In this document: piece by piece, positions 13,610 through 20,308 of the stretch
How the letters are laid out: every line of letters starts with the position of its first letter
Position numbering within the stretch: position 1 is the stretch's first letter
Origin: a virus
Direction: 5' to 3' (one strand)
Length of the DNA: 40,096 nucleotides
Virus record (IMG/VR): IMGVR_UViG_3300009962_000005
Program-made: the position numbers and the translations under genes
Notes under the pieces: model-generated
What the model was told of the DNA's origin: nothing
The model's input: the letters and a program-made list of their open reading frames with translations, nothing else
Database searches by the model: none

Positions 13610-14899
13610 ATGGCGCGCCCACCCCTGCCCATAGGATCACACGGCCAAATCACGGTGCGAAAGGCGAAAGGCGGGGCGTGGGTAGCCCGCGCCACCATGC
13701 GGGATGTCACCGGAAAGCGCCGCGACATCACCGCACAGGCACCAACTAGAGCCGCAGCACACACCAAACTACAAGCCAAAATCGCGGCAAACACCAGCGG
13801 CCCAGCTGCGCCCCAGACACTAGGCGACGCTATCGACGCCTGGCGCGACACATACGCGGGAAAATCTCACAACACCATAAAGCAGAGGGAGCAAATGGTG
13901 CGGTTGCATCTCACCGAATGGAGAGACCTGCAGCTAATCGAATGCACCGTGCCCACGCTAGACCGCATCATAACGGCGGCGGCCAAGCCTAGACGGGTAA
14001 CCAGCATCAACGGGAAAAGAATTACTATCGGCGGCGTATGGGCCGCTAAAACAGTCCGAACAGTTCTGAACCTAATCATGCAAGAGGCCGTGCGATCAGG
14101 AACTATACCGTATAACGCGGCGGCCGCTACCCGTGTGCCGCACACCCCACGGAAAAAGGCGCGCGCCCTAGCCCCGGCCGAGGTGAGGGAGATTATCGAC
14201 ATTGTAGATGCGGCCTCAGCACCCAACATTACCGGCTCCGGCCGGGCGCATTTTTGGTTCCCCGACATGGTGCGCGTGCTAGCTGGCACGGGTCTGCGCA
14301 TCGGTGAATGTGTCGCCCTCAAATGGGCAGACTATGACCGGGCGCAGCGCACCCTGCACGTGCACGCCACCGCTATTATGGTGGGCGGCACGCCGGTTTG
14401 GCAGGACAAGACTAAGACGGGTGCCGAGCGGGTAGTGCATTTGCCGTCATGGTGTGCCGATGCCCTGGATGCGCGGGCGCGCCGGTTCAAGGCCAAGGCG
14501 GGGGATTATATTTTTATGAACCGGGACGGGGGCATGATTAGTCTAGGCACGCCTACTAAGCGGCTGCATGAGATGCTGCCCGGCCGGTTCGCATGGGTTA
14601 CCCCGCACACCTTCCGCAGGACTGTTGCCACGACTCTTGAGCGTGAGCTAGGGATAGAGGCGGCGCAGGCGCAGCTCGGGCACGCCTCTGCATCCACGAC
14701 GCAAATTTATGTGGCCCGCCGGACTATGGCTATCTATGGTGGGGCGCTTGAAAAATTGGGTGGTAAATTGGGAGGTCACGAGAAACTCACGGAAAACGAA
14801 ATGCATTTCAGTGAATTGTCGGAGGGGCAAAATGGGCCGGTTGAGCGCTTGATAGCTGAGCTTGAGGGGGTTACCGTGAATCCCAGTGAATCCCAGTGA
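13610..14899 (+). CDS. int: Tyrosine integrase
   Basis: The C-terminal catalytic region is present: ..LAGTGLRIGECVAL.. (Arg), HTFRRTVAT (HxxR), LGHASASTTQIYV (His...Tyr). N-terminal SAM-like/arm-binding region. Confidence 0.92.
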   Translation: MARPPLPIGSHGQITVRKAKGGAWVARATMRDVTGKRRDITAQAPTRAAAHTKLQAKIAANTSGPAAPQTLGDAIDAWRDTYAGKSHNTIKQREQMVRLHLTEWRDLQLIECTVPTLDRIITAAAKPRRVTSINGKRITIGGVWAAKTVRTVLNLIMQEAVRSGTIPYNAAAATRVPHTPRKKARALAPAEVREIIDIVDAASAPNITGSGRAHFWFPDMVRVLAGTGLRIGECVALKWADYDRAQRTLHVHATAIMVGGTPVWQDKTKTGAERVVHLPSWCADALDARARRFKAKAGDYIFMNRDGGMISLGTPTKRLHEMLPGRFAWVTPHTFRRTVATTLERELGIEAAQAQLGHASASTTQIYVARRTMAIYGGALEKLGGKLGGHEKLTENEMHFSELSEGQNGPVERLIAELEGVTVNPSESQ

Positions 14900-14902
14900 A
14901 TA
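14876..14902. repeat. Tandem direct repeat GTGAATCCCA x2.7 spanning the int stop codon
   Basis: gtgaatccca gtgaatccca gtgaata. It is followed by the inverted repeat tagatat-N7-atatcta (14910-14930). Confidence 0.8.
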
Positions 14903-14932
14903 GGCTCATTAGATATGTAGGAAATATCTATA

Positions 14933-14960
14933 TAAACCCCGGAAACCCGGGGTTTTTCTT
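14933..14960 (+). terminator. Intrinsic terminator after int (aaaccccgg-aaac-ccggggttt followed by TTCTTT)
   Basis: Read directly; correct orientation for int. Confidence 0.7.
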
Positions 14961-15023
14961 TATGCTCGGGTGCCTAGTCACGGTTTACTCACGTTTTTGC
15001 TTCGTTTTTCTCCCGGTTTTGGC

Positions 15024-15052
15024 TTGAACCAATTCTATACGGTACGTATAGT
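15024..15052 (+). promoter_or_regulatory. Promoter/operator module copy b: TTGAAC-17-TATAGT with CTATACggtacGTATAG
   Basis: ttgaaccaattctatacggtacgtatagt, read directly. Confidence 0.7.
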
Positions 15053-15110
15053 ATTGAGTGAGGGGGGAACCCCCGAGAGCCAAGACACAAAAACGATGGA
15101 GACAACCAGA

Positions 15111-15446
15111 ATGAAACCTGCAGCCGCATACATGATCGTGACCGAGCTATGGAGCGATGGTGTGAACCGCACCGCCCCGGGTGAAGGGAAATTCGCGGGC
15201 TACCGCACAATGGTGTACACACCTAAGGCCGTAGGGCACACCACGCGGCTAGGCAAAATCATTTCACGCTCATACGGGCGATGGGATGCTACCTTTTCCG
15301 CTACTGATGCGGTGGCGGCGCACGGTGAGAACCTGGCCGCCCTGGTTGGTGTACGTGGCCGCTATACGGTTGATGCTCTTGATGCTGAGGTGGCGCGTGA
15401 GATTACCGGGGATGCGGTGGGCGGGTACACCATCAGCCCCAAGTGA
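15111..15446 (+). CDS. Hypothetical protein (island gene 1)
   Basis: MKPAAAYMIVTELWSDGVNRT... GGAGA lies 8 nt upstream of ATG 15111 (alternative ATG 15096). The track ORF start 14970 would translate the promoter. Confidence 0.55.
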   Translation: MKPAAAYMIVTELWSDGVNRTAPGEGKFAGYRTMVYTPKAVGHTTRLGKIISRSYGRWDATFSATDAVAAHGENLAALVGVRGRYTVDALDAEVAREITGDAVGGYTISPK

Positions 15447-15466
15447 TTAGTTTCACTCGTAATAAC

Positions 15467-15495
15467 TTGTATACGGACTATACACCCTGTATAGT
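15467..15495 (+). promoter_or_regulatory. Promoter/operator module copy c: TTGTAT-17-TATAGT with CTATACaccctGTATAG
   Basis: ttgtatacggactatacaccctgtatagt, read directly. Confidence 0.7.
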
Positions 15496-15549
15496 ATTAG
15501 ATGTAGGGGAACCCACCCCACAGGAAACAACAACCTAAGGAGCCTTGAA

Positions 15550-16164
15550 ATGGCACGCAATAACAACGCCACAGAAGCACAGCGCCGGTACATCGAATCC
15601 CTCGCTAAAAACCTCACCGATGAGCAGTTTAGCCAGGCAATCCGCAAAACCGGGTCAGCCTCAGATAAAGCTCATGATCACCGGGCAACCCGTAACCAGC
15701 GGCTGAGCCACCTCACCAAGGCATACGCCTCTACCCTGATTGAACTGCTCAAGGATGAGGAATATGTAAATTCTCTCATCGCTACCGATGAGCATGAAGA
15801 CGAAGAGAGCCAGCAAATGCAGGACTTCGCCGCCCGCTTCGAAGAAGGTGTGAGCTATGAAGACGCAAAAAATACCCTCAGGGAATACCTTAAAGCTGGG
15901 GCTAAAGCAATGATCGAGTGGGAACTAGAGGGGCAAACCTATATTGCCAAACTTTTAGTTTCATGGCCCGAAGACCTGGGGGATTTCGACAGTCTCGGTT
16001 TTGTCTTCGGAAACCAAGACCTCGACGATATGTCCGCATTCGATGACGGGAAAAACGGTGACCGTGCGGACGAATCAGAACCGTATGAGCGGTGCGAGGA
16101 TGAGCTGTTAGACCGTTTCGGCCTCACTCGCGAAGACATTGTACTTATTCAGATACCTTGGTAG
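15550..16164 (+). CDS. Highly acidic hypothetical protein (island gene 2, 204 aa), AT-richer than its surroundings
   Basis: AAGGAG RBS. The C-terminal two-thirds are rich in Asp/Glu (..DEHEDEESQQMQDF..DLGDFDSLGFVFGNQDLDDMSAFDDGKNGDRADESEPYERCEDELLDRF..). Confidence 0.7.
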   Translation: MARNNNATEAQRRYIESLAKNLTDEQFSQAIRKTGSASDKAHDHRATRNQRLSHLTKAYASTLIELLKDEEYVNSLIATDEHEDEESQQMQDFAARFEEGVSYEDAKNTLREYLKAGAKAMIEWELEGQTYIAKLLVSWPEDLGDFDSLGFVFGNQDLDDMSAFDDGKNGDRADESEPYERCEDELLDRFGLTREDIVLIQIPW

Positions 16165-16187
16165 ATATAAAAACCAGCTCAACCCAA

Positions 16188-16210
16188 CGCCCCGCCCACC
16201 ACGGGCGGGG
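16188..16210. terminator. 9-bp GC hairpin (gccccgccc/gggcggggc) after island gene 2
   Basis: Read directly. There is no clear U-tract, so it may only attenuate. Confidence 0.35.
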
Positions 16211-16233
16211 CACCCAGAAAAAGGAACAGAACA

Positions 16234-16623
16234 ATGGAAAAACAGTACACCGCCCGCGTAATCGAGAACGGGAAAACCACCGCAGAACGCACCGGATCGC
16301 TACGGGAACTAGTGCACTGGGCATACAGCGACCGTATCGGTGAGTACTCCCGCCACATTGAGGAAGGTGAACTACTCGACACCCCCGGCGGTGCCTATGA
16401 ATGGTTTATCGACCTACCCGAAGTACAACAACATGTACGTGAAAAACTGAGCAGCCACGAGCTAGAAACCTGGTGGGACGACGACGAAGGAACATATGTA
16501 GTGCTGCACACCGAGCCGATGCCGCTAACTCCTGAGGGGGTAGCCGCCTACATTGCCCGCAGTGAAGAAAGCGTGAGCCATCACGGCAACCAATGGTGGG
16601 TAGAAGTCAAACCAGCCGAATAG
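16234..16623 (+). CDS. Acidic hypothetical protein (island gene 3, 129 aa)
   Basis: MEKQYTARVIENGKTTAERTGSLRELVHWAY...ETWWDDDEGTYVVLHTEP.. AAAGGAA-type RBS. Confidence 0.65.
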   Translation: MEKQYTARVIENGKTTAERTGSLRELVHWAYSDRIGEYSRHIEEGELLDTPGGAYEWFIDLPEVQQHVREKLSSHELETWWDDDEGTYVVLHTEPMPLTPEGVAAYIARSEESVSHHGNQWWVEVKPAE

Positions 16624-16729
16624 AAAAAGGAGGGGCGCCGCCCTTAAATCTCGCGCGGCGGCACCCCTACCCGCATACCAAGCGGGAAACAACAACTTAT
16701 GAAGATAAGTATAGAGAGGATAAAGAGGA

Positions 16730-16951
16730 ATGACAAAGAAACCTAGCTACCTCGGCCCCAGTGACGTTGCGCGGCGCCTCGGCGTAACCCGCGACGCCGT
16801 ATACAAACTATTGGCCGTGCACCCTTTGGAAAACGACGCATGGGGAGCGAACGGCACCCCCCTATGGCTCCCCGAGACAATCGACGCCTGGCGCGCGAAA
16901 CACCCCAAGCCACGCGGCCCGCACAAGAAAAAGAGCACCGAGAATGCGTAG
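16730..16951 (+). CDS. Excisionase/AlpA-like HTH DNA-binding protein (island gene 4)
   Basis: YLGPSDVARRLGVTRDAVYKLLAV...PLWLPETIDAWRAKH resembles HTH_17 proteins. AAGAGGA RBS. Confidence 0.65.
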   Translation: MTKKPSYLGPSDVARRLGVTRDAVYKLLAVHPLENDAWGANGTPLWLPETIDAWRAKHPKPRGPHKKKSTENA

Positions 16952-17756
16952 CGCATCATACGGCGCCCGTGACATGCCCGCCATCAAGCAGGAGCTAATC
17001 GGGCACCTTGAGACGGCGATCAGCACATGCACACAAGGGGTCTGGCACATAGCCAAATACCGGACACACCGTGCAGGCATAGAAGACAGCGCCCTATGGT
17101 GGGTACACGCGGGCATGACCGAAACGGTCATAGACACGGCCCCCGAGTTCCTGCTGCACTACATGCCCCACATGGAGCACATGCCGTCTGACGCCGGGGT
17201 AATCGTATGGGACGGCGGGACAGACCAGGTAGCCCCGTGGGGTGACGCGCCCGACAGCATCAGCGACGCCTCGCCGTTCATGGTATCCACCCCCGCGACC
17301 ATCCAAATTGTGGGTGCCGCATGGGTGCGTGAAGACCTCTACATGCTGCTAGGCACCTCACGCGGGCGCATATGGCGCGAAGTGGAAGGCAACACGGGCC
17401 TGTACGCCCGGCTATCCCGCCTACTAGTCACAACCTGGACGGTAGCGCGTGAACCCTCAATCGGCGATATACGCCCGTACCGGCCGGGCACCCAAGGGGA
17501 CACAACAACCAGCGCGGCGCGTGATACACGGGCTATCAACGCAGTGTACGTGCGTGAACGCCCCCACGGAGGCGGGGCGGGAGCGTCACGGCGCGGCATG
17601 GGCCACCGCGTAGAAGTGCGCGGGTACTGGCGCATGCAACACTACGGGCCGGGCAACCAGCGCATACGCCCAGTGTACGTTGCGGCGCACATGCGCGGCC
17701 CGGAAGGCGCACCGGTAGAAGAACCCCGCCCATCGGTACACATCGTAAAAGAATAA
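16944..17756 (+). CDS. Hypothetical 270-aa protein coupled to the HTH gene (island gene 5)
   Basis: Its start overlaps the stop of gene 4 by 8 nt (ATGCGTAG). It has a His-rich patch LLHYMPHMEHMP and a basic C-terminus HRVEVRGYWRMQHYGPGNQRIRPVYVAAHMRG. No family recognised. Confidence 0.6.
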   Translation: MRSASYGARDMPAIKQELIGHLETAISTCTQGVWHIAKYRTHRAGIEDSALWWVHAGMTETVIDTAPEFLLHYMPHMEHMPSDAGVIVWDGGTDQVAPWGDAPDSISDASPFMVSTPATIQIVGAAWVREDLYMLLGTSRGRIWREVEGNTGLYARLSRLLVTTWTVAREPSIGDIRPYRPGTQGDTTTSAARDTRAINAVYVRERPHGGGAGASRRGMGHRVEVRGYWRMQHYGPGNQRIRPVYVAAHMRGPEGAPVEEPRPSVHIVKE

Positions 17757-17801
17757 TACCCAGCCCCATAGGGCACAGGAACAACAGCAAAGGAAACAAG
17801 A

Positions 17802-18074
17802 ATGTGGGAATCACCCATTAGGCAGCTACCCATAAAGCTAGAGAAAGAAGAAGTCGGTGAAGACACTTACATGTACGGTATGGTCGATAAATCGCAGCTC
17901 ACAGCGCAAGAGCTGCGTGAACACGCTGCATACGTTGAAGGCATGAATCAGGACGCCATCAGCCTATACGTGAACATCACCGGGCTATCCGATGAAGAAG
18001 CCACGCAGAAATACCTTGAAGCGCTAACCCAGGTGAGGGCCGAGCGATCAGACCGCGAAGGGTGGGGCGAATGA
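17802..18074 (+). CDS. Hypothetical acidic protein (island gene 6)
   Basis: 90-aa ORF; A/C-rich leader with AAAGGAAA upstream. Confidence 0.5.
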   Translation: MWESPIRQLPIKLEKEEVGEDTYMYGMVDKSQLTAQELREHAAYVEGMNQDAISLYVNITGLSDEEATQKYLEALTQVRAERSDREGWGE

Positions 18075-18202
18075 GAACGCCCATTGCGTACACCCCCGCG
18101 CACAGCATCACGCCCCTAATCGCGGCGCTACCCGCCCCAGAAACACTACCCGCCCAGACGGATAGCATGACCGAGTGGGTGTTCACTCACTACACGGCAT
18201 AA
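18071..18202 (+). CDS. Possible 43-aa ORF coupled to gene 6 (ATGA overlap)
   Basis: My translation reads MRTPIAYTPAHSITPLIAALPAPETLPAQTDSMTEWVFTHYTA. It ends just before the convergent terminator. Confidence 0.3.
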   Translation: MRTPIAYTPAHSITPLIAALPAPETLPAQTDSMTEWVFTHYTA

Positions 18203-18211
18203 AAAGAGAGC

Positions 18212-18251
18212 GGCCCCGCCCACCCCCACAAAACAGGGGACGGGCGGGGCC
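18212..18251. terminator. Convergent (bidirectional) terminator hairpin ggccccgccc/gggcggggcc
   Basis: 10-bp GC stem between the end of the plus-strand island and the end of the minus-strand holin gene. Confidence 0.6.
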
Positions 18252-18267
18252 ACAATCACACTACCGG

Positions 18268-18630
18268 CTAGGCGCTCTCGGCGTGCTTCGGCGCGTAAGT
18301 CTCACGCGGAATCTCAAAATCATTCACCGGGGAAGCCGGGTAAGTAGTATCACCCTGCACCTCAGCACCCTTAGGGTCTACACCGGTCACCCCACGGGCG
18401 GCCGCCTCCATCAACCCTTCAAAGGTCGGCTTCTCACCACGGATCAAAAACCCGCCGATGATAGTACCCACCGTAGAAATCAGGATAAACACCGCATTCG
18501 ACACATCAGCAGGCAGCTCAACACCGTAGCGGCTAAGAATGTAGCCGGTAATAACGGTGAGGCTACCTGCAACGGCGGTACCTACACCCGCAGCAGCAGT
18601 GACGGGGCCGACTTTACGCTTTGCATCCAT
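18268..18630 (-). CDS. Holin-like membrane protein
   Basis: Two hydrophobic segments (VGPVTAAAGVGTAVAGSLTVITGYIL; AVFILISTVGTIIGGFLI). It lies immediately downstream of the endolysin, with a GGAGA RBS. Confidence 0.7.
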   Translation of the reverse strand: MDAKRKVGPVTAAAGVGTAVAGSLTVITGYILSRYGVELPADVSNAVFILISTVGTIIGGFLIRGEKPTFEGLMEAAARGVTGVDPKGAEVQGDTTYPASPVNDFEIPRETYAPKHAESA

Positions 18631-18635
18631 ATTCT

Positions 18636-19451
18636 TTACTCTCCTACCTTGTTGCTAGTCTGGGCTGCGATAAGCTGCTTCAACAGCGCGTTAGTCTCAC
18701 GCTGCGCCTCCAAATTCTCACGGAGCAGCTTATATGCGGAACCCTCAAACTTGACGTTCGGGATGCCCGGCGTCCAGGTGTCCTTCAGCTCCTGAGTCTG
18801 GCGGCTCACGTTCTGCAGCGCCATCCAGTTAGCGCCGTGATGGCGCACATGCTCAATGCCGGGTGCCCAGCTGTCCCGCAGCTCGCTAATCGCATCAGCC
18901 ATGCTCTTATCGTCCTTTCCCTTGGGTTGGGTCGCCTTCTCGGCAACCTTAGTGATAGCGGTCTTACCTTTTTTCGCCTCGTAGATTTGCAGGGCGCGGG
19001 CCGCAACCTCGCCCTTACGGTAGGTGCCGCAGCACTCCGTTGCGAACCAGTCCCGATGCTCTGTGACGGGCAGGATTTGCCCGTGCATGATCCAGATGTC
19101 GGCGACGCGCTCACATACGGTCTCGAAGTCGCCAGCAGACATGCGTGGGTTGCATTCCAGGGTGATTGACTGCGCATTACCCTTGCTGTTGCCGTTCGCC
19201 CAGGCTGCGTTAGCGTGGTCTACGAGGCACGCCACCAAGCCATCAGAGATGACCTCGTGCGCGCTAGTCTGCGTGCTATTCAGTTCGCAGAAGAACCTGA
19301 TTACGTCCTCAAATTTTTGCTTCCATTCTGGGCGGCCCCACCAATGAATCGTGATGTTTGTGATTACACGGGGGAACCCGAAAACGGATTGGACTAGCGC
19401 GTTTGGTGTGAACCGTAGCGCGTTGTATTGTGTGAGGAATTGGTAGGCCAT
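18636..19451 (-). CDS. Endolysin: N-acetylmuramoyl-L-alanine amidase (Amidase_2/PGRP type) with a repeat-containing C-terminal domain
   Basis: ITIHWWG..., SAHEVISDG, AAWANGNSKGNAQSITLECNP. ATG 19451 has GGAGG 8 nt upstream. C-terminal repeats are DSWAPGIEHV and DTWTPGIPNV. Confidence 0.85.
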   Translation of the reverse strand: MAYQFLTQYNALRFTPNALVQSVFGFPRVITNITIHWWGRPEWKQKFEDVIRFFCELNSTQTSAHEVISDGLVACLVDHANAAWANGNSKGNAQSITLECNPRMSAGDFETVCERVADIWIMHGQILPVTEHRDWFATECCGTYRKGEVAARALQIYEAKKGKTAITKVAEKATQPKGKDDKSMADAISELRDSWAPGIEHVRHHGANWMALQNVSRQTQELKDTWTPGIPNVKFEGSAYKLLRENLEAQRETNALLKQLIAAQTSNKVGE

Positions 19452-19504
19452 AGGCCCCACCTCCTTTTGTGTGATAGTTCACTTGGTTTTATAGGTGTCT
19501 TGGC

Positions 19505-19533
19505 TTGTATCCAAACTATACAGGGCGTATAGT
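19505..19533 (+). promoter_or_regulatory. Promoter/operator module copy d: TTGTAT-17-TATAGT with CTATACagggcGTATAG
   Basis: ttgtatccaaactatacagggcgtatagt, read directly. Confidence 0.7.
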
Positions 19534-19564
19534 ATTAGATATAGGGAACGAAAGGAAAACCAAA

Positions 19565-19870
19565 ATGGAAATCACCAACCGCCAAGGCACCTACTACGAA
19601 GAAACCGAAATCATGAACATCTTCGAAGCCCACGAAAACGGCCAACTAATCGGCGAAATGTACCTAGACATCAACACCGGACAAATCATGCAAATAGAGG
19701 TAAACGAAGACCGACGCGGCGAAGGAATCGCCCGCGCAATCTACGAATACGCATGCAGCATCACCGACGTATACCATGCACCCGATGAACACTGCACCCG
19801 CGAAGGACTAGCATTCAAAAACGCGGTAGGCGGCGAAGAAATCGACCCCGAAACCGCATACCAGCCCTAA
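19565..19870 (+). CDS. Minimal GNAT-like acetyltransferase (YjdJ-type, 101 aa)
   Basis: From ATG 19565: MEITNRQGTYYEE..GQLIGEMYLDINTGQIMQIEVNEDRRGEGIARAIYEYA.. This fits the beta4-alpha3 R-x-x-G-x-G/A acetyl-CoA motif. The track start 19505 would translate the promoter. Confidence 0.55.
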   Translation: MEITNRQGTYYEETEIMNIFEAHENGQLIGEMYLDINTGQIMQIEVNEDRRGEGIARAIYEYACSITDVYHAPDEHCTREGLAFKNAVGGEEIDPETAYQP

Positions 19871-20286
19871 CCCTGGCGCGCCTCCAAAGACCGCACCCGA
19901 GCATCCACGGCGTCAGCCAACTCACGCGCATGCCGTATATCACCCCGGATACCTCCAATATCCTTGCGCATATCAGCATGTTCAGACAGGCCAAGGTTCA
20001 ACATGGCCGCCGTCTTCTCCTGCTCCTTGCGAATCTCCGCAAGCTGCGTGATAACATCGGCAATACCCTTAGCGGTCGCCGCCTGGTTCCGGTCAATATC
20101 ATCACGCAGATTCGTCTGATGATGGTTCTTCACCTGGTGCTCAACACGGTGCAGCCCCGCCCGCACATCCTTAAGCTTCACGGCAGCCCATGACACGAAA
20201 GCGGCCGCCGAAAGAGTGGCAGCCGCCTTGAGAACGTCCATGAGCGCAACCCAGAAATCGGGTGGAATGTTAGTGCCCATCATCAC
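19867..20286 (-). CDS. Membrane-anchored coiled-coil protein (lysis/tail-proximal, unknown function)
   Basis: N-terminal TM segment (FWVALMDVLKAAATLSAAAFVSWAAV) followed by a charged helical region. Start is GTG 20286 or ATG 20283. Confidence 0.55.
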   Translation of the reverse strand: MMMGTNIPPDFWVALMDVLKAAATLSAAAFVSWAAVKLKDVRAGLHRVEHQVKNHHQTNLRDDIDRNQAATAKGIADVITQLAEIRKEQEKTAAMLNLGLSEHADMRKDIGGIRGDIRHARELADAVDARVRSLEARQG

Positions 20287-20308
20287 CCCTCATACGCTGT
20301 CCCTGGGA

